20,557 nt of DNA from Gemmatimonadota bacterium (GCA_039586365.1 JBDHKN010000115.1:1-20557), one strand, 5' to 3'; positions 1-7,071 are shown, numbered from the stretch's first letter. The notes: generated by a model from the letters alone, not told the origin. Program-made: numbers and translations.

Positions 1-552
1 AGAGCACCACTCGCCACGTAGGGCCAGCGGACCGGTGAGACAGCGCGGCTGCTCGAGAGTCTCGCAGTACCATTCCCATTCCGCACACTGTTTGAGCCGA
101 GCCCGCCACTCGTTGTCGCACGCTCGCATGCACGCCTCACAGTAGCGCTCGAGGCAATCCTTGTGCACATCATAGGCCCGACCATCGCACGCTAGTGCCG
201 TCGCACGACATGCCTCGCCGAGATCACGTAGGCAGTCGACCGTCGCATTGATGTCACGTACCGTCACTACAGGACCGTCCGCGTAGCAGGTGGCGACGTT
301 GTCAACGTGGCAGACGTGCCACATCCCCTGACAGCCGGCCAGATCGCGCTTGAGATCCGCCTTGCATCGCTCCCAGCCGGCCAGATCGCGCTTGAGATCC
401 GCCTTGCATCGCTCCTCGCAGGCTCCGCAGTACTCTGCCCGGCAGCGTTCCCAGATCGTGGAGACGCCCTCGAAGCAGTCCAAATACTGATCAAAGCACG
501 GTCCGGGCGGACATGCCGTCAGACTCAACAGAATGGCAACAAGCATAATCAT
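1..552 (-). CDS. Cys-rich putative lipoprotein, 3' end runs off the window (not in ORF track)
   Basis: Hand translation from ATG 552 is open to base 1 (184 codons): MIMLVAILLSLTACPPGPCFDQYLDC...; hydrophobic leader plus LTAC lipobox; about 22 Cys; ATGA overlap with the upstream 549..728 ORF. Confidence 0.7.
   Translation of the reverse strand, partial: MIMLVAILLSLTACPPGPCFDQYLDCFEGVSTIWERCRAEYCGACEERCKADLKRDLAGWERCKADLKRDLAGCQGMWHVCHVDNVATCYADGPVVTVRDINATVDCLRDLGEACRATALACDGRAYDVHKDCLERYCEACMRACDNEWRARLKQCAEWEWYCETLEQPRCLTGPLALRGEWCS
332..415. repeat. Perfect 42-bp tandem duplication (2 copies)
   Basis: cagccggccagatcgcgcttgagatccgccttgcatcgctcc at 332-373 and 374-415; in frame in the lipoprotein (ERCKADLKRDLAG twice). 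Confidence 0.95.
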
Positions 553-728
553 GTCCGATCCTGAATCCGCGCACCGACCCATCGCCAGACCCACGGATCG
601 TTGGGCGCATCCAGAAACGCCACTCGGCACCACCACGGCGGACCAGTGCTGCCAACGAGCGAAACGATTGCCTGGCGGCCGTCTAGAAGGACAGTCTCAA
701 GCCATTTGGGCTGCTTATTCATTTCCAT
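549..728 (-). CDS. Small Trp-rich hypothetical protein (59 aa, not in ORF track)
   Basis: GGGAG RBS before ATG 728; MEMNKQPKWLETVLLDGRQ...WVWRWVGARIQDRT; stop overlaps next start (ATGA). Confidence 0.6.
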   Translation of the reverse strand: MEMNKQPKWLETVLLDGRQAIVSLVGSTGPPWWCRVAFLDAPNDPWVWRWVGARIQDRT

Positions 729-758
729 GACACTCTCCCTACAATCATTCTACTCCTT

Positions 759-1463
759 CTATGTCAATACTCTCAGCCGTCTCACACGCACCTTCGCATC
801 CATCGTTGGAAGACCTGCAAATAACACATCCTCCGACCGTACCTCCACGTCGAGCGGAATCAGATTATGATCCGCGTCACAGAGTCCGACCCATTCGGGA
901 CGATATGGTTTTCTCAGAACATGCAGCCCTGCTGCGCACTGCTGATCGTTTTTCTCCCCCTCAGCTTCGACTATCGCCCCACATCGATATTCAAGCGTCG
1001 TACCCCCATCGAAATTATGCAGTTCGTCGCTCGTCACGCCGTCGCCGAGCTTCACCCTGTCACCGAGCGTCACCCTGTCGCCGAGCTTTACCTCGTTGCC
1101 GAGCATCACCCAATCGCCGAGCTTCACCCTGTCACCGAGCGTCACCCTGTCGCCGAGCTTTACCTCGTTGCCGAGCATCACCCAATCGCCGAGCGTCACC
1201 CTGTCGCCGAGCGTCACCCCGTCGCCGAGCATCACCCTGTCGCCGAGCGTCACCCCGTCGCCGAGCGTCACCCAATCGCCGAGCGTCACCTCGTTGCCGA
1301 GCGTCGCCCCGTCGCCGAGCGTCACCTCGTCACCGAGCGTCACCCAATCGCCGAGCGTCACCCCGTCGCCGAGCTTGATGCGTCGCCCGGTATTTGAGTC
1401 TTCATGCCAACCATTGCGGATCGCCCATGTACGTATTTGATCAATCAAAGCAACCTCGCTCAT
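759..1463 (-). CDS. Hexapeptide-repeat (left-handed beta-helix-like) phage protein
   Basis: 19 LG[DN]x[VA]x repeats; C-terminal YxxG...C-AAGLH...KVRV domain of a type seen on phage repeat proteins; likely start ATG 1463 behind a GGAG-containing repeat. Confidence 0.8.
   Translation of the reverse strand: MSEVALIDQIRTWAIRNGWHEDSNTGRRIKLGDGVTLGDWVTLGDEVTLGDGATLGNEVTLGDWVTLGDGVTLGDRVMLGDGVTLGDRVTLGDWVMLGNEVKLGDRVTLGDRVKLGDWVMLGNEVKLGDRVTLGDRVKLGDGVTSDELHNFDGGTTLEYRCGAIVEAEGEKNDQQCAAGLHVLRKPYRPEWVGLCDADHNLIPLDVEVRSEDVLFAGLPTMDAKVRVRRLRVLT
1032..1373. repeat. 19 x 18-bp coding tandem repeat
   Basis: Minus-strand unit CTCGGC(G/A)ACnnGG(T/C)nAnG; units 11-14 are repeated as 15-18 (72-bp higher-order duplication). 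Confidence 0.95.
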
Positions 1464-1491
1464 ATCCGCCTTCTCCGCGTTCCGGGGTCCC
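1456..1491 (-). repeat. Start-associated ~35-bp repeat, copy 1 of 3
   Basis: Minus strand GGGACCCCGGAACGCGGAGAAGGCGGATATGAGCGA; near-identical copies at 4174-4207 and 4418-4453. Confidence 0.9.
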
Positions 1492-1567
1492 CACTGATAC
1501 GTCCGGTCGCACAGCCGTGCTTTTTCGTTCGTCGCATCAGAGGTCGTCAATCTTCTGTGGTCTTAGC

Positions 1568-1969
1568 TCATGCATCACGTTTCAACAAACCCCCGCGTCC
1601 CCCGTGAGACCGTCCCACGGGGAAACGCGAGAGCGAAGCTGTACACCGTATCTCGCGTTTCCCACACGCCGCTCCCGCAATAATATGCGGCCATTTAAGC
1701 CAGTTTCCGCTTTCAGCAGTCGCGGAACCTGCATCCCACGGAGCGACTAGGCACCTTCTATCGAAGGCCGGCCGCGTATCGCCATTTCCATACAGTCCGC
1801 TGCCGGATTCCCCAATACCGACCCCAAGCATCATGGCTGACCAGTCGGCCTGTGCTCTACCACCCATGCGGACCGCCGCGCCGGCTCTACGTCTGCCGTC
1901 CGTGAGCCACTGCTGCCCGATCGTCGTAGCAATCAGCAGCCCAAACAACCAAGGCAGAAATCCAGCCAT
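1568..1969 (-). CDS. Hypothetical protein with hydrophobic N-terminus
   Basis: AAAGGAAA RBS before ATG 1969; the 3' half overlaps strong RNA hairpins, so its full extent is doubtful. Confidence 0.4.
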   Translation of the reverse strand: MAGFLPWLFGLLIATTIGQQWLTDGRRRAGAAVRMGGRAQADWSAMMLGVGIGESGSGLYGNGDTRPAFDRRCLVAPWDAGSATAESGNWLKWPHIIAGAACGKREIRCTASLSRFPVGRSHGGRGGLLKRDA

Positions 1970-2007
1970 TGTCGTTTCCTTTCAAAAGTCCGGGCAATGC
2001 CCGTTAA

Positions 2008-2175
2008 TCACACTCCATGCGCCGCTTTGCCGTTCGTCATCCACAACACTGCGACACTGATTATGATCGCACCCACGAAATAGAGCGCCCTCGGCCAGTT
2101 ACGCTCGAACAGCGCTGCTACGGTAATGAAGCCGTAAATGGCGATCAGCAAAATCATCATTCCGGTTGAGAGCAT
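2008..2175 (-). CDS. Small two-TM membrane protein (55 aa)
   Basis: MLSTGMMILLIAIYGFITVAALFERNWPRALYFVGAIIISVAVLW...; GGGGAAG upstream of ATG 2175. Confidence 0.7.
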   Translation of the reverse strand: MLSTGMMILLIAIYGFITVAALFERNWPRALYFVGAIIISVAVLWMTNGKAAHGV

Positions 2176-2221
2176 GTCTTCCCCGCAAAGTCGAACACGC
2201 CTTGACGCAGGCGGTTTGCGG

Positions 2222-3646
2222 CTATCTGACGAATACCAACGCATACTCGTGCGTCCGTATCAATCGCCGGTCACCCTTATCGAAAGTATGCACCCGCTTC
2301 CCGGCCCCGCTGTTGCGGCGGTTCAGCACAATCTCTTCCTTGACGCGGAATCCGGCCGCCCGATGAAGGCTGGTCACGTCGTGGTGTAGCTGGATCAATT
2401 CACCGTCCTTTTGCCGATGAAGGCCCACCACCCAGCATGACACCGCGCCCGGCTTGAGGATGCGATGTGTTTCCAGCACGACGCGGTTCAGACCCTTCAG
2501 GAAGTCGCCGTATCCTTTACACATTGACAGGTCTGCAGGTCCGCCGCGGTATTGTTCTAGGTTCCAATACGGCGGGCAGGTCAACAGGAAATCGGCGGAG
2601 GCGTCGCTTGCTATCTGCGAGCAGTCGCGGACGTCACCGCAACGAAGGAACACTTCACCCCCCGATGCGTTCGGTCGTGGCGCCATCGGTGCGCCGTCCT
2701 TTTTCATAGCGTCTAGCTTGCGGAGATTGTCGTAGGATTCGCGGGGCATCGCGGCGTCCACGTCCCGTGTGCCGTCGCGGTGCAGTGCGTCGCAGACACG
2801 CCCGGCTTCAGCCACGCCGAAAATCAGATCTAGGCTTGCCCGGAACGCCATATAGGCAGGCTGTGTGCCGTAGTCCTTAAAGCAGGGGAGGTGAACGTAA
2901 CGGTGCCGCACTATCAGCGTGTCATGGTCGTTGACCGTGAACGGGCTCGCGATGCACCCGAACGGTTTAGGGCCGCCGTGCAACCTGCATAAATGTTCAC
3001 CCGTCTTGAATGGGCACTTGCCGGTCGAGGCTGCCTGGATCTTGCCTTGCTCAATAGTGGCGCCGCGCTCCTGTAATGCCGTGCGCTCGCCCGGAAGCGT
3101 GCAAATTACTAGCTTGCCGTCGCCGCCTTCACAGCAACGCCCGTAGCACACATCGCGGATATATTCGGCGTCGCAGCCGTGCCAGTTGGTCGTTGCCCAC
3201 GTCGCGGACACCTTGATGGGGATATGCTCGGGCAGATCTACATAGCAGCATACGCCGTTTGCTTCGCACCGTTGCTTGACAGCCTCGCACTCGGCCCGCC
3301 GTAGCTCTACCCCCAAATACGCCAGCCCGTGCTTAGCGGCCATGATCGCCCGCGTACCGCCGCCCGCGAACGGATCGAAACATAGACCGGTCTGCGGCGC
3401 GTAGCAGTTCAGAAGCCATACGGCAACCGCCGGATTGAAAACACTGCCGCCCGCTTGAAAGTTGTATGCCGTAACTATCTCATGGCGCCCACCGCCATTG
3501 GCGCCCACATCGCCGATAGATCGCCGGAGCGTGCGTATACTTGACGCCTCGTCAACATCCCATACGGTAAACGGCCACAAACCATACCGTTCCTTTGCTG
3601 TTGCGGCTTCGTCAATCTCCTGCCCAAACAGGCCAACGTCAGGCAT
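2222..3646 (-). CDS. Amino-DNA methyltransferase (motif I before motif IV) with an inserted Cys-cluster domain
   Basis: DPFAGGGT (aa 91-98), GVE, GDVR and TCPPY (aa 356-360); GAGGAGG RBS; ~195-aa insert with YkgJ-like Cys pattern. Confidence 0.85.
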   Translation of the reverse strand: MPDVGLFGQEIDEAATAKERYGLWPFTVWDVDEASSIRTLRRSIGDVGANGGGRHEIVTAYNFQAGGSVFNPAVAVWLLNCYAPQTGLCFDPFAGGGTRAIMAAKHGLAYLGVELRRAECEAVKQRCEANGVCCYVDLPEHIPIKVSATWATTNWHGCDAEYIRDVCYGRCCEGGDGKLVICTLPGERTALQERGATIEQGKIQAASTGKCPFKTGEHLCRLHGGPKPFGCIASPFTVNDHDTLIVRHRYVHLPCFKDYGTQPAYMAFRASLDLIFGVAEAGRVCDALHRDGTRDVDAAMPRESYDNLRKLDAMKKDGAPMAPRPNASGGEVFLRCGDVRDCSQIASDASADFLLTCPPYWNLEQYRGGPADLSMCKGYGDFLKGLNRVVLETHRILKPGAVSCWVVGLHRQKDGELIQLHHDVTSLHRAAGFRVKEEIVLNRRNSGAGKRVHTFDKGDRRLIRTHEYALVFVR

Positions 3647-3718
3647 GGCACGCCTCCTCGTCGTGGTAGTACGGCTCGACGCCTTTGATCAGCTCGGGTT
3701 GTGTCGCCGTGTCGTTCA

Positions 3719-4120
3719 TCATTGCCACTCGGACACGGGAATAGTAACCGCTGCCACATCAAGCAGGCTACGAAACTCTCGCGCCAATGAACGCCGGCCG
3801 GCTTCATAAGCTCTGTCTGCCAACTCCGAGAGAGCCGGTCCGCAAAATCTGCGTTTGCATTTCCCGCACGCAATGTCCCATCTGCGAGCTGCGTTCCGGA
3901 CGAATGCGATACCGGGCTGCTCTAGCGTCGTCATTGGATAGACGGTGGCGAGTATTTGTTTGGCGTCGTCGTCACTTTCGTCTTCGCTGTCGAGCTTCTC
4001 CAGGACCACGCGGCAATATGGACACAACAAAGCATCACGCTTGCCGGCTGCGTGCTTGGACCGTGTGGACTTCGCCCTGGACTTCTTCACACTCTTCTGT
4101 TTGCTTGCCCGCTTTGCCAT
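3719..4120 (-). CDS. Hypothetical zinc-binding protein with a basic N-terminus
   Basis: GAGGAG RBS before ATG 4120; Lys/Arg-rich start; CPYC and CGKC pairs. Confidence 0.7.
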   Translation of the reverse strand: MAKRASKQKSVKKSRAKSTRSKHAAGKRDALLCPYCRVVLEKLDSEDESDDDAKQILATVYPMTTLEQPGIAFVRNAARRWDIACGKCKRRFCGPALSELADRAYEAGRRSLAREFRSLLDVAAVTIPVSEWQ

Positions 4121-4173
4121 GCTACTCGTGTCTCCTCTCAATCGCTTCAATCGCACGTGGCTCGTCAAACACA

Positions 4174-4207
4174 TCGCTCATACCCGCCTTCTCCGCGTTT
4201 CGGGGTC
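4174..4207 (-). repeat. Start-associated repeat, copy 2
   Basis: GACCCCGAAACGCGGAGAAGGCGGGTATGAGCGA; its ATG (4181) opens only a 19-aa ORF, MSDVFDEPRAIEAIERRHE. Confidence 0.9.
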
Positions 4208-4218
4208 TCAGATCTCAT

Positions 4219-4425
4219 TCACCGGCCCGGGAATGCTTCTTCCGCACAACTAGGACACAATGGAGCGGAGTATGGGTTTTCGCTCACGGTCACAATGTCC
4301 ATCGCATCACACGCAGCCTCACAACCCGCGCAACGCACTCGGCCATCTGGCAGCACGTAGGCTTCTGCGCGTCGTTCACCGCACTCGTGAATGTCTGGCA
4401 AGTGCACCCAATCGTTTTCGCTCAT
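4219..4425 (-). CDS. Small Cys-rich (zinc ribbon-like) protein, 68 aa
   Basis: Start inside repeat copy 3; CAGCEAAC and CPSC motifs. Confidence 0.65.
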   Translation of the reverse strand: MSENDWVHLPDIHECGERRAEAYVLPDGRVRCAGCEAACDAMDIVTVSENPYSAPLCPSCAEEAFPGR

Positions 4426-4453
4426 ATCCGCCGTCTCCGCGTTTCGGGGTCCC
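4418..4453 (-). repeat. Start-associated repeat, copy 3
   Basis: GGGACCCCGAAACGCGGAGACGGCGGATATGAGCGA. Confidence 0.9.
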
Positions 4454-4594
4454 GTTGCCCAGCCGCCGCCGTAGAGTCCCGCAGGCGCTGCGAGAACGCG
4501 TCTGACAGCATTCTGTGGCGTCGCGACCATTCGGGCGCTACGCCGATCGCAACCCACCTGGCGATGCCGTAAACGGCACACCTTCGGGCGCTAC

Positions 4595-4610
4595 TGTTTC
4601 ACGTGAAACA
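4595..4610. promoter_or_regulatory. parS: parS centromere-like site (ParB/Spo0J binding consensus)
   Basis: Exact TGTTTCACGTGAAACA; the palindrome extends to 18 bp (4594-4611); intergenic. Confidence 0.85.
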
Positions 4611-4656
4611 GCCCCTAACCTAGTTTACCACAAGGGTTTACGTTCGGATGGGCCTG

Positions 4657-4702
4657 TTGACTGGGGGTCAAGAGGTCGCTGGTTCGAATCCAGTCGCCCC
4701 GA
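4657..4702 (+). tRNA. 3' fragment of tRNA-Pro(GGG); att core, not a complete tRNA gene
   Basis: Anticodon arm ttga-CTGGGGG-tcaa, variable loop aggtc, T arm gctgg-TTCGAAT-ccagt, acceptor 3' strand cgccccg plus A; no D arm or acceptor 5' strand upstream. Confidence 0.9.
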
Positions 4703-4789
4703 TCGTAAACCCTTGAAAATACGATAGTTACACCTCCTCACGCTTGTCCTAGTCTGGCACATTCGGGCGCTACACGGGCTTTTCGGGCG

Positions 4790-5801
4790 CTACGCCATCT
4801 GCTTAGTCGCTCGCAGAGACTCATTGCAACAGAGCTCCTTGCACGCCGGTAGCGCCGGCAGCGACGTCAGAGCCGAGCAGTCGTAGCAATTGAGCGTCTC
4901 GCACGCCGGCAGATCCGGCAGCGCCGTCAGAGCCGAGCAGCCGTAGCAACAGAGCCTCTCGCACGCCGGCAGGTCCGGCAGCGACGTCAGAGCCGAACAG
5001 TTGGAGCAATCAAGCCTCTCGCACGCCGGTAGATCCGGCAGTGCCGTCAGAGCCGAGCAGCCGTAGCAATAGAGCGCCTCGCACGCCGGCAGATCCGGCA
5101 ACGCCGTCAAAGCCGGGCAGTCGCGGCAATAGAGCCTCTCGCACGCCGGTAGATCCGGCAGCGCCGTCAGAGCCGAGCAGTCGCGGCAATAGAGCCTCTC
5201 GCACGCCGGCAGATCCCGCAGTGCCGTCAGAGCCCAGCGCCGTCAGAGCCGGACAGTTGGAGCAATCGAGCATCTCGCACGCCGGTAGATCCGGCAGCGC
5301 CGTCAGAGCCGAGCAGCGGTGGCAATAGAGCATCTCGCACGCCGGTAGATCCGGCAGCGCCGTCAACGTCGAGCAGCCGTAGCAACAGAGCCTCTCGCAC
5401 GCCGGTAGATCCGGCAGCGCCGTCAGAACCGAGCAGCAGTAGCAATCGAGCCTCTCGCACGCCGGCAGATCCGGCAACGCCGTCAAAGCCGGGCAGCAGG
5501 AGCAATCGAGCACGTGTGTGCGTACCACAGCCTGGCGGCAGCAGTCATTGATTGCATCCTGCCACGTCGGATAGCGCGCCAGCAATACGGCTCGATACCA
5601 GTTGGTATCGTGCGGGTCATCGGTCATCAGCCGGATGGTCAACGCATCCTCCCCAGGGCCGGTCCACTCCCATTCGCGCCACGGCTCGAGGTCGGCAGCA
5701 TGCCACCCCATGTGCTGCTGTGTCGCCTCATGCGATTTCGCGCCGGCACAGACAATCTCCTCGGTTTCGATGTTTAACCACGCTGACAGAAATTCGCACA
5801 C
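4790..5801 (-). pseudogene. LRR protein copy A (11 repeats), frameshifted
   Basis: A 16-bp imperfect duplication (5219-5234/5235-5250) shifts the frame; removing it gives a 331-aa ORF ending SLRATKQMA, like copy B. Confidence 0.85.
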
Positions 5802-5865
5802 GTTGGCACCTCCTCACGCTTGTCCTAGTCTGACACATTCGGGCGCTACACGGGCTTTTCGGGCG

Positions 5866-6561
5866 CTACGCCATCTGCTTAGTCGCTCGCAGAGACTTAT
5901 TGCAATAGAGCTTCTCGCACGCCGGTAGATGCGGCAGCGATGTCAACGCCGAGCAGTCGTAGCAATCGAGCCTCTCGCACGCCGGCAGGTCCGGCAGCGC
6001 CGTCAGAGCCGAGCAGCGGTGGCAATACAGCGTCTCGCACGCCGGTAGATCCGGCAACGCCGTCAGAACCGAGCAGCAGTAGCAATCGAGCCTCTCGCAC
6101 GCCGGTAGATCCGGCAGCGCCGTCAGAGCCGGACAGTTGGAGCAATCGAGCTTCTCGCACGCCGGTAGGTCTGGCAGCGCCGTCAGAGCCGAGCAGCCGT
6201 AGCAATCGAGCCTCTCGCACGCCGGTAGATCCGGCAGCGCCGTCAGAGCCGGACAGTTGGAGCAATCGAGCACGTGTGTGCGTTCCACAGCCTGGCGACA
6301 GCAGTCATTGATTGCATCCTGCCACGTCGGATAGCGAGCCAGTACCAGGGCTCGATACCAGTTGGTATCGTGCGGGTCATCGTGCATCAGGCGGATGGTC
6401 AACGCATCGTCCCCAGGGCCGGTCCACTCCCATTCGCGCCACGGCTCGAGGTCGGCAGCACGCCACCCCATGTGCTCCTGTGTCGCCTCGTGCGATTGGG
6501 CGTCGGCACAGACAATCTCCTCGGTTTCGATGTTTAACCACGCTGACAGAAATTCGCACAC
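5866..6561 (-). CDS. LRR protein copy B (6 x 20-aa Cys-containing LRR, MCEFLS N-terminal domain)
   Basis: ExLxCxxCxxLTALPDLPAC repeats; GAGGAGG RBS; GTG start. Confidence 0.9.
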   Translation of the reverse strand: MCEFLSAWLNIETEEIVCADAQSHEATQEHMGWRAADLEPWREWEWTGPGDDALTIRLMHDDPHDTNWYRALVLARYPTWQDAINDCCRQAVERTHVLDCSNCPALTALPDLPACERLDCYGCSALTALPDLPACEKLDCSNCPALTALPDLPACERLDCYCCSVLTALPDLPACETLYCHRCSALTALPDLPACERLDCYDCSALTSLPHLPACEKLYCNKSLRATKQMA

Positions 6562-6728
6562 GTCGGCACCTCCTCAATCCGCTCGCCGTACAGCGTGGGA
6601 TTTGTCCCCGGCTGCACGCCAGCCTGCTGTTTGAACCAAAACGCCACGCCTGCCATCCGACCTCCGTGCCGACTGTCCCGTATCCGGTCGCGTCGCACGG
6701 TTTGTCGTACATTTATTTTGTTTTTCCC

Positions 6729-6756
6729 TTGACACGCCGCCTAAATGTAGTACAAT
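6729..6756 (+). promoter_or_regulatory. Sigma70-type promoter of the rightward mini-operon
   Basis: TTGACA-16bp-TACAAT with an upstream T-rich tract; imperfect inverted repeat 6702-6715/6742-6755 overlaps the -10. Confidence 0.75.
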
Positions 6757-6807
6757 TAAGGTAGAGCGATGAGAGAAACACGGGACAACCACGAGAAAGG
6801 GCAAACG

Positions 6808-7035
6808 ATGAAAAACACTATGACACACGCCGATGAGCGAAAGAGCGAAATGCTCTTCTGTGCTGGGACCGGACGCTACAACATTGAGGTCGAGACTACG
6901 ATGATGACCGAACTCAAGAGCGAGACCCTCGCCGAAGCTCTTCAGACCCTGGTACATGCTGATGATGAGATCACTATGCGAGTATGGCACGCAATCGAAA
7001 GATTCAACCCGATACGTTTGGCGTGCTACGCCTGA
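6808..7035 (+). CDS. Hypothetical protein (75 aa)
   Basis: GAAAGGG RBS in a 36-bp leader shared with the next gene. Confidence 0.7.
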   Translation: MKNTMTHADERKSEMLFCAGTGRYNIEVETTMMTELKSETLAEALQTLVHADDEITMRVWHAIERFNPIRLACYA

Positions 7036-7071
7036 GCCGAAACCCGAGACAACCAAGAGAAAGGGACGACG

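Larger units (their letters stand above)
4530..4793. mobile_element. Phage attachment site attP (tRNA-Pro core with arm-type repeats)
   Basis: Partial tRNA core; flanking inverted repeat 4631-4647/4699-4715 (16 of 17 match); four direct TTCGGGCGCTAC repeats at 4530, 4583, 4762 and 4782; tyrosine integrase 3 kb away. Confidence 0.8.
4731..6576. repeat. Tandem duplication of an LRR gene cassette (1076-bp and 760-bp units)
   Basis: Units 4731-5806 and 5807-6566 are bounded by cacctcctca at 4731, 5807 and 6567; the 316-bp length difference equals 5x60+16. Confidence 0.95.

Noticed and set aside
267..730. Track ORFs 267..494, 307..564 and 533..730
   Set aside because: Better explained by the coupled minus-strand genes 549..728 and 552..<1.
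761..1440. Plus-strand repetitive ORFs (RRASP, AERHP, SPSVT)
   Set aside because: They are alternate-frame read-outs of the 18-bp repeat; the minus-strand LGDxVT frame has the RBS and matches the operon direction.
2657..3250. Intein in the methyltransferase
   Set aside because: The insert starts near Cys residues but has no terminal His-Asn followed by Cys/Ser/Thr and no LAGLIDADG motifs; the Cys pattern fits a metal-binding domain.
4640..4702. Complete functional tRNA-Pro gene
   Set aside because: The acceptor 5' strand and D arm are missing; similarity starts in the anticodon stem.
4800..6270. 60-bp periodic repeats as a CRISPR array
   Set aside because: There are no unique spacers; the units are in-frame LRR codons. 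The Cas4-like gene sits in a Sak4/SSB recombination module and no other cas genes are present.
4731..6576. A complete DGR with one LRR copy as template
   Set aside because: No reverse transcriptase is in the window, and differences between the two copies are not confined to adenines of one copy.
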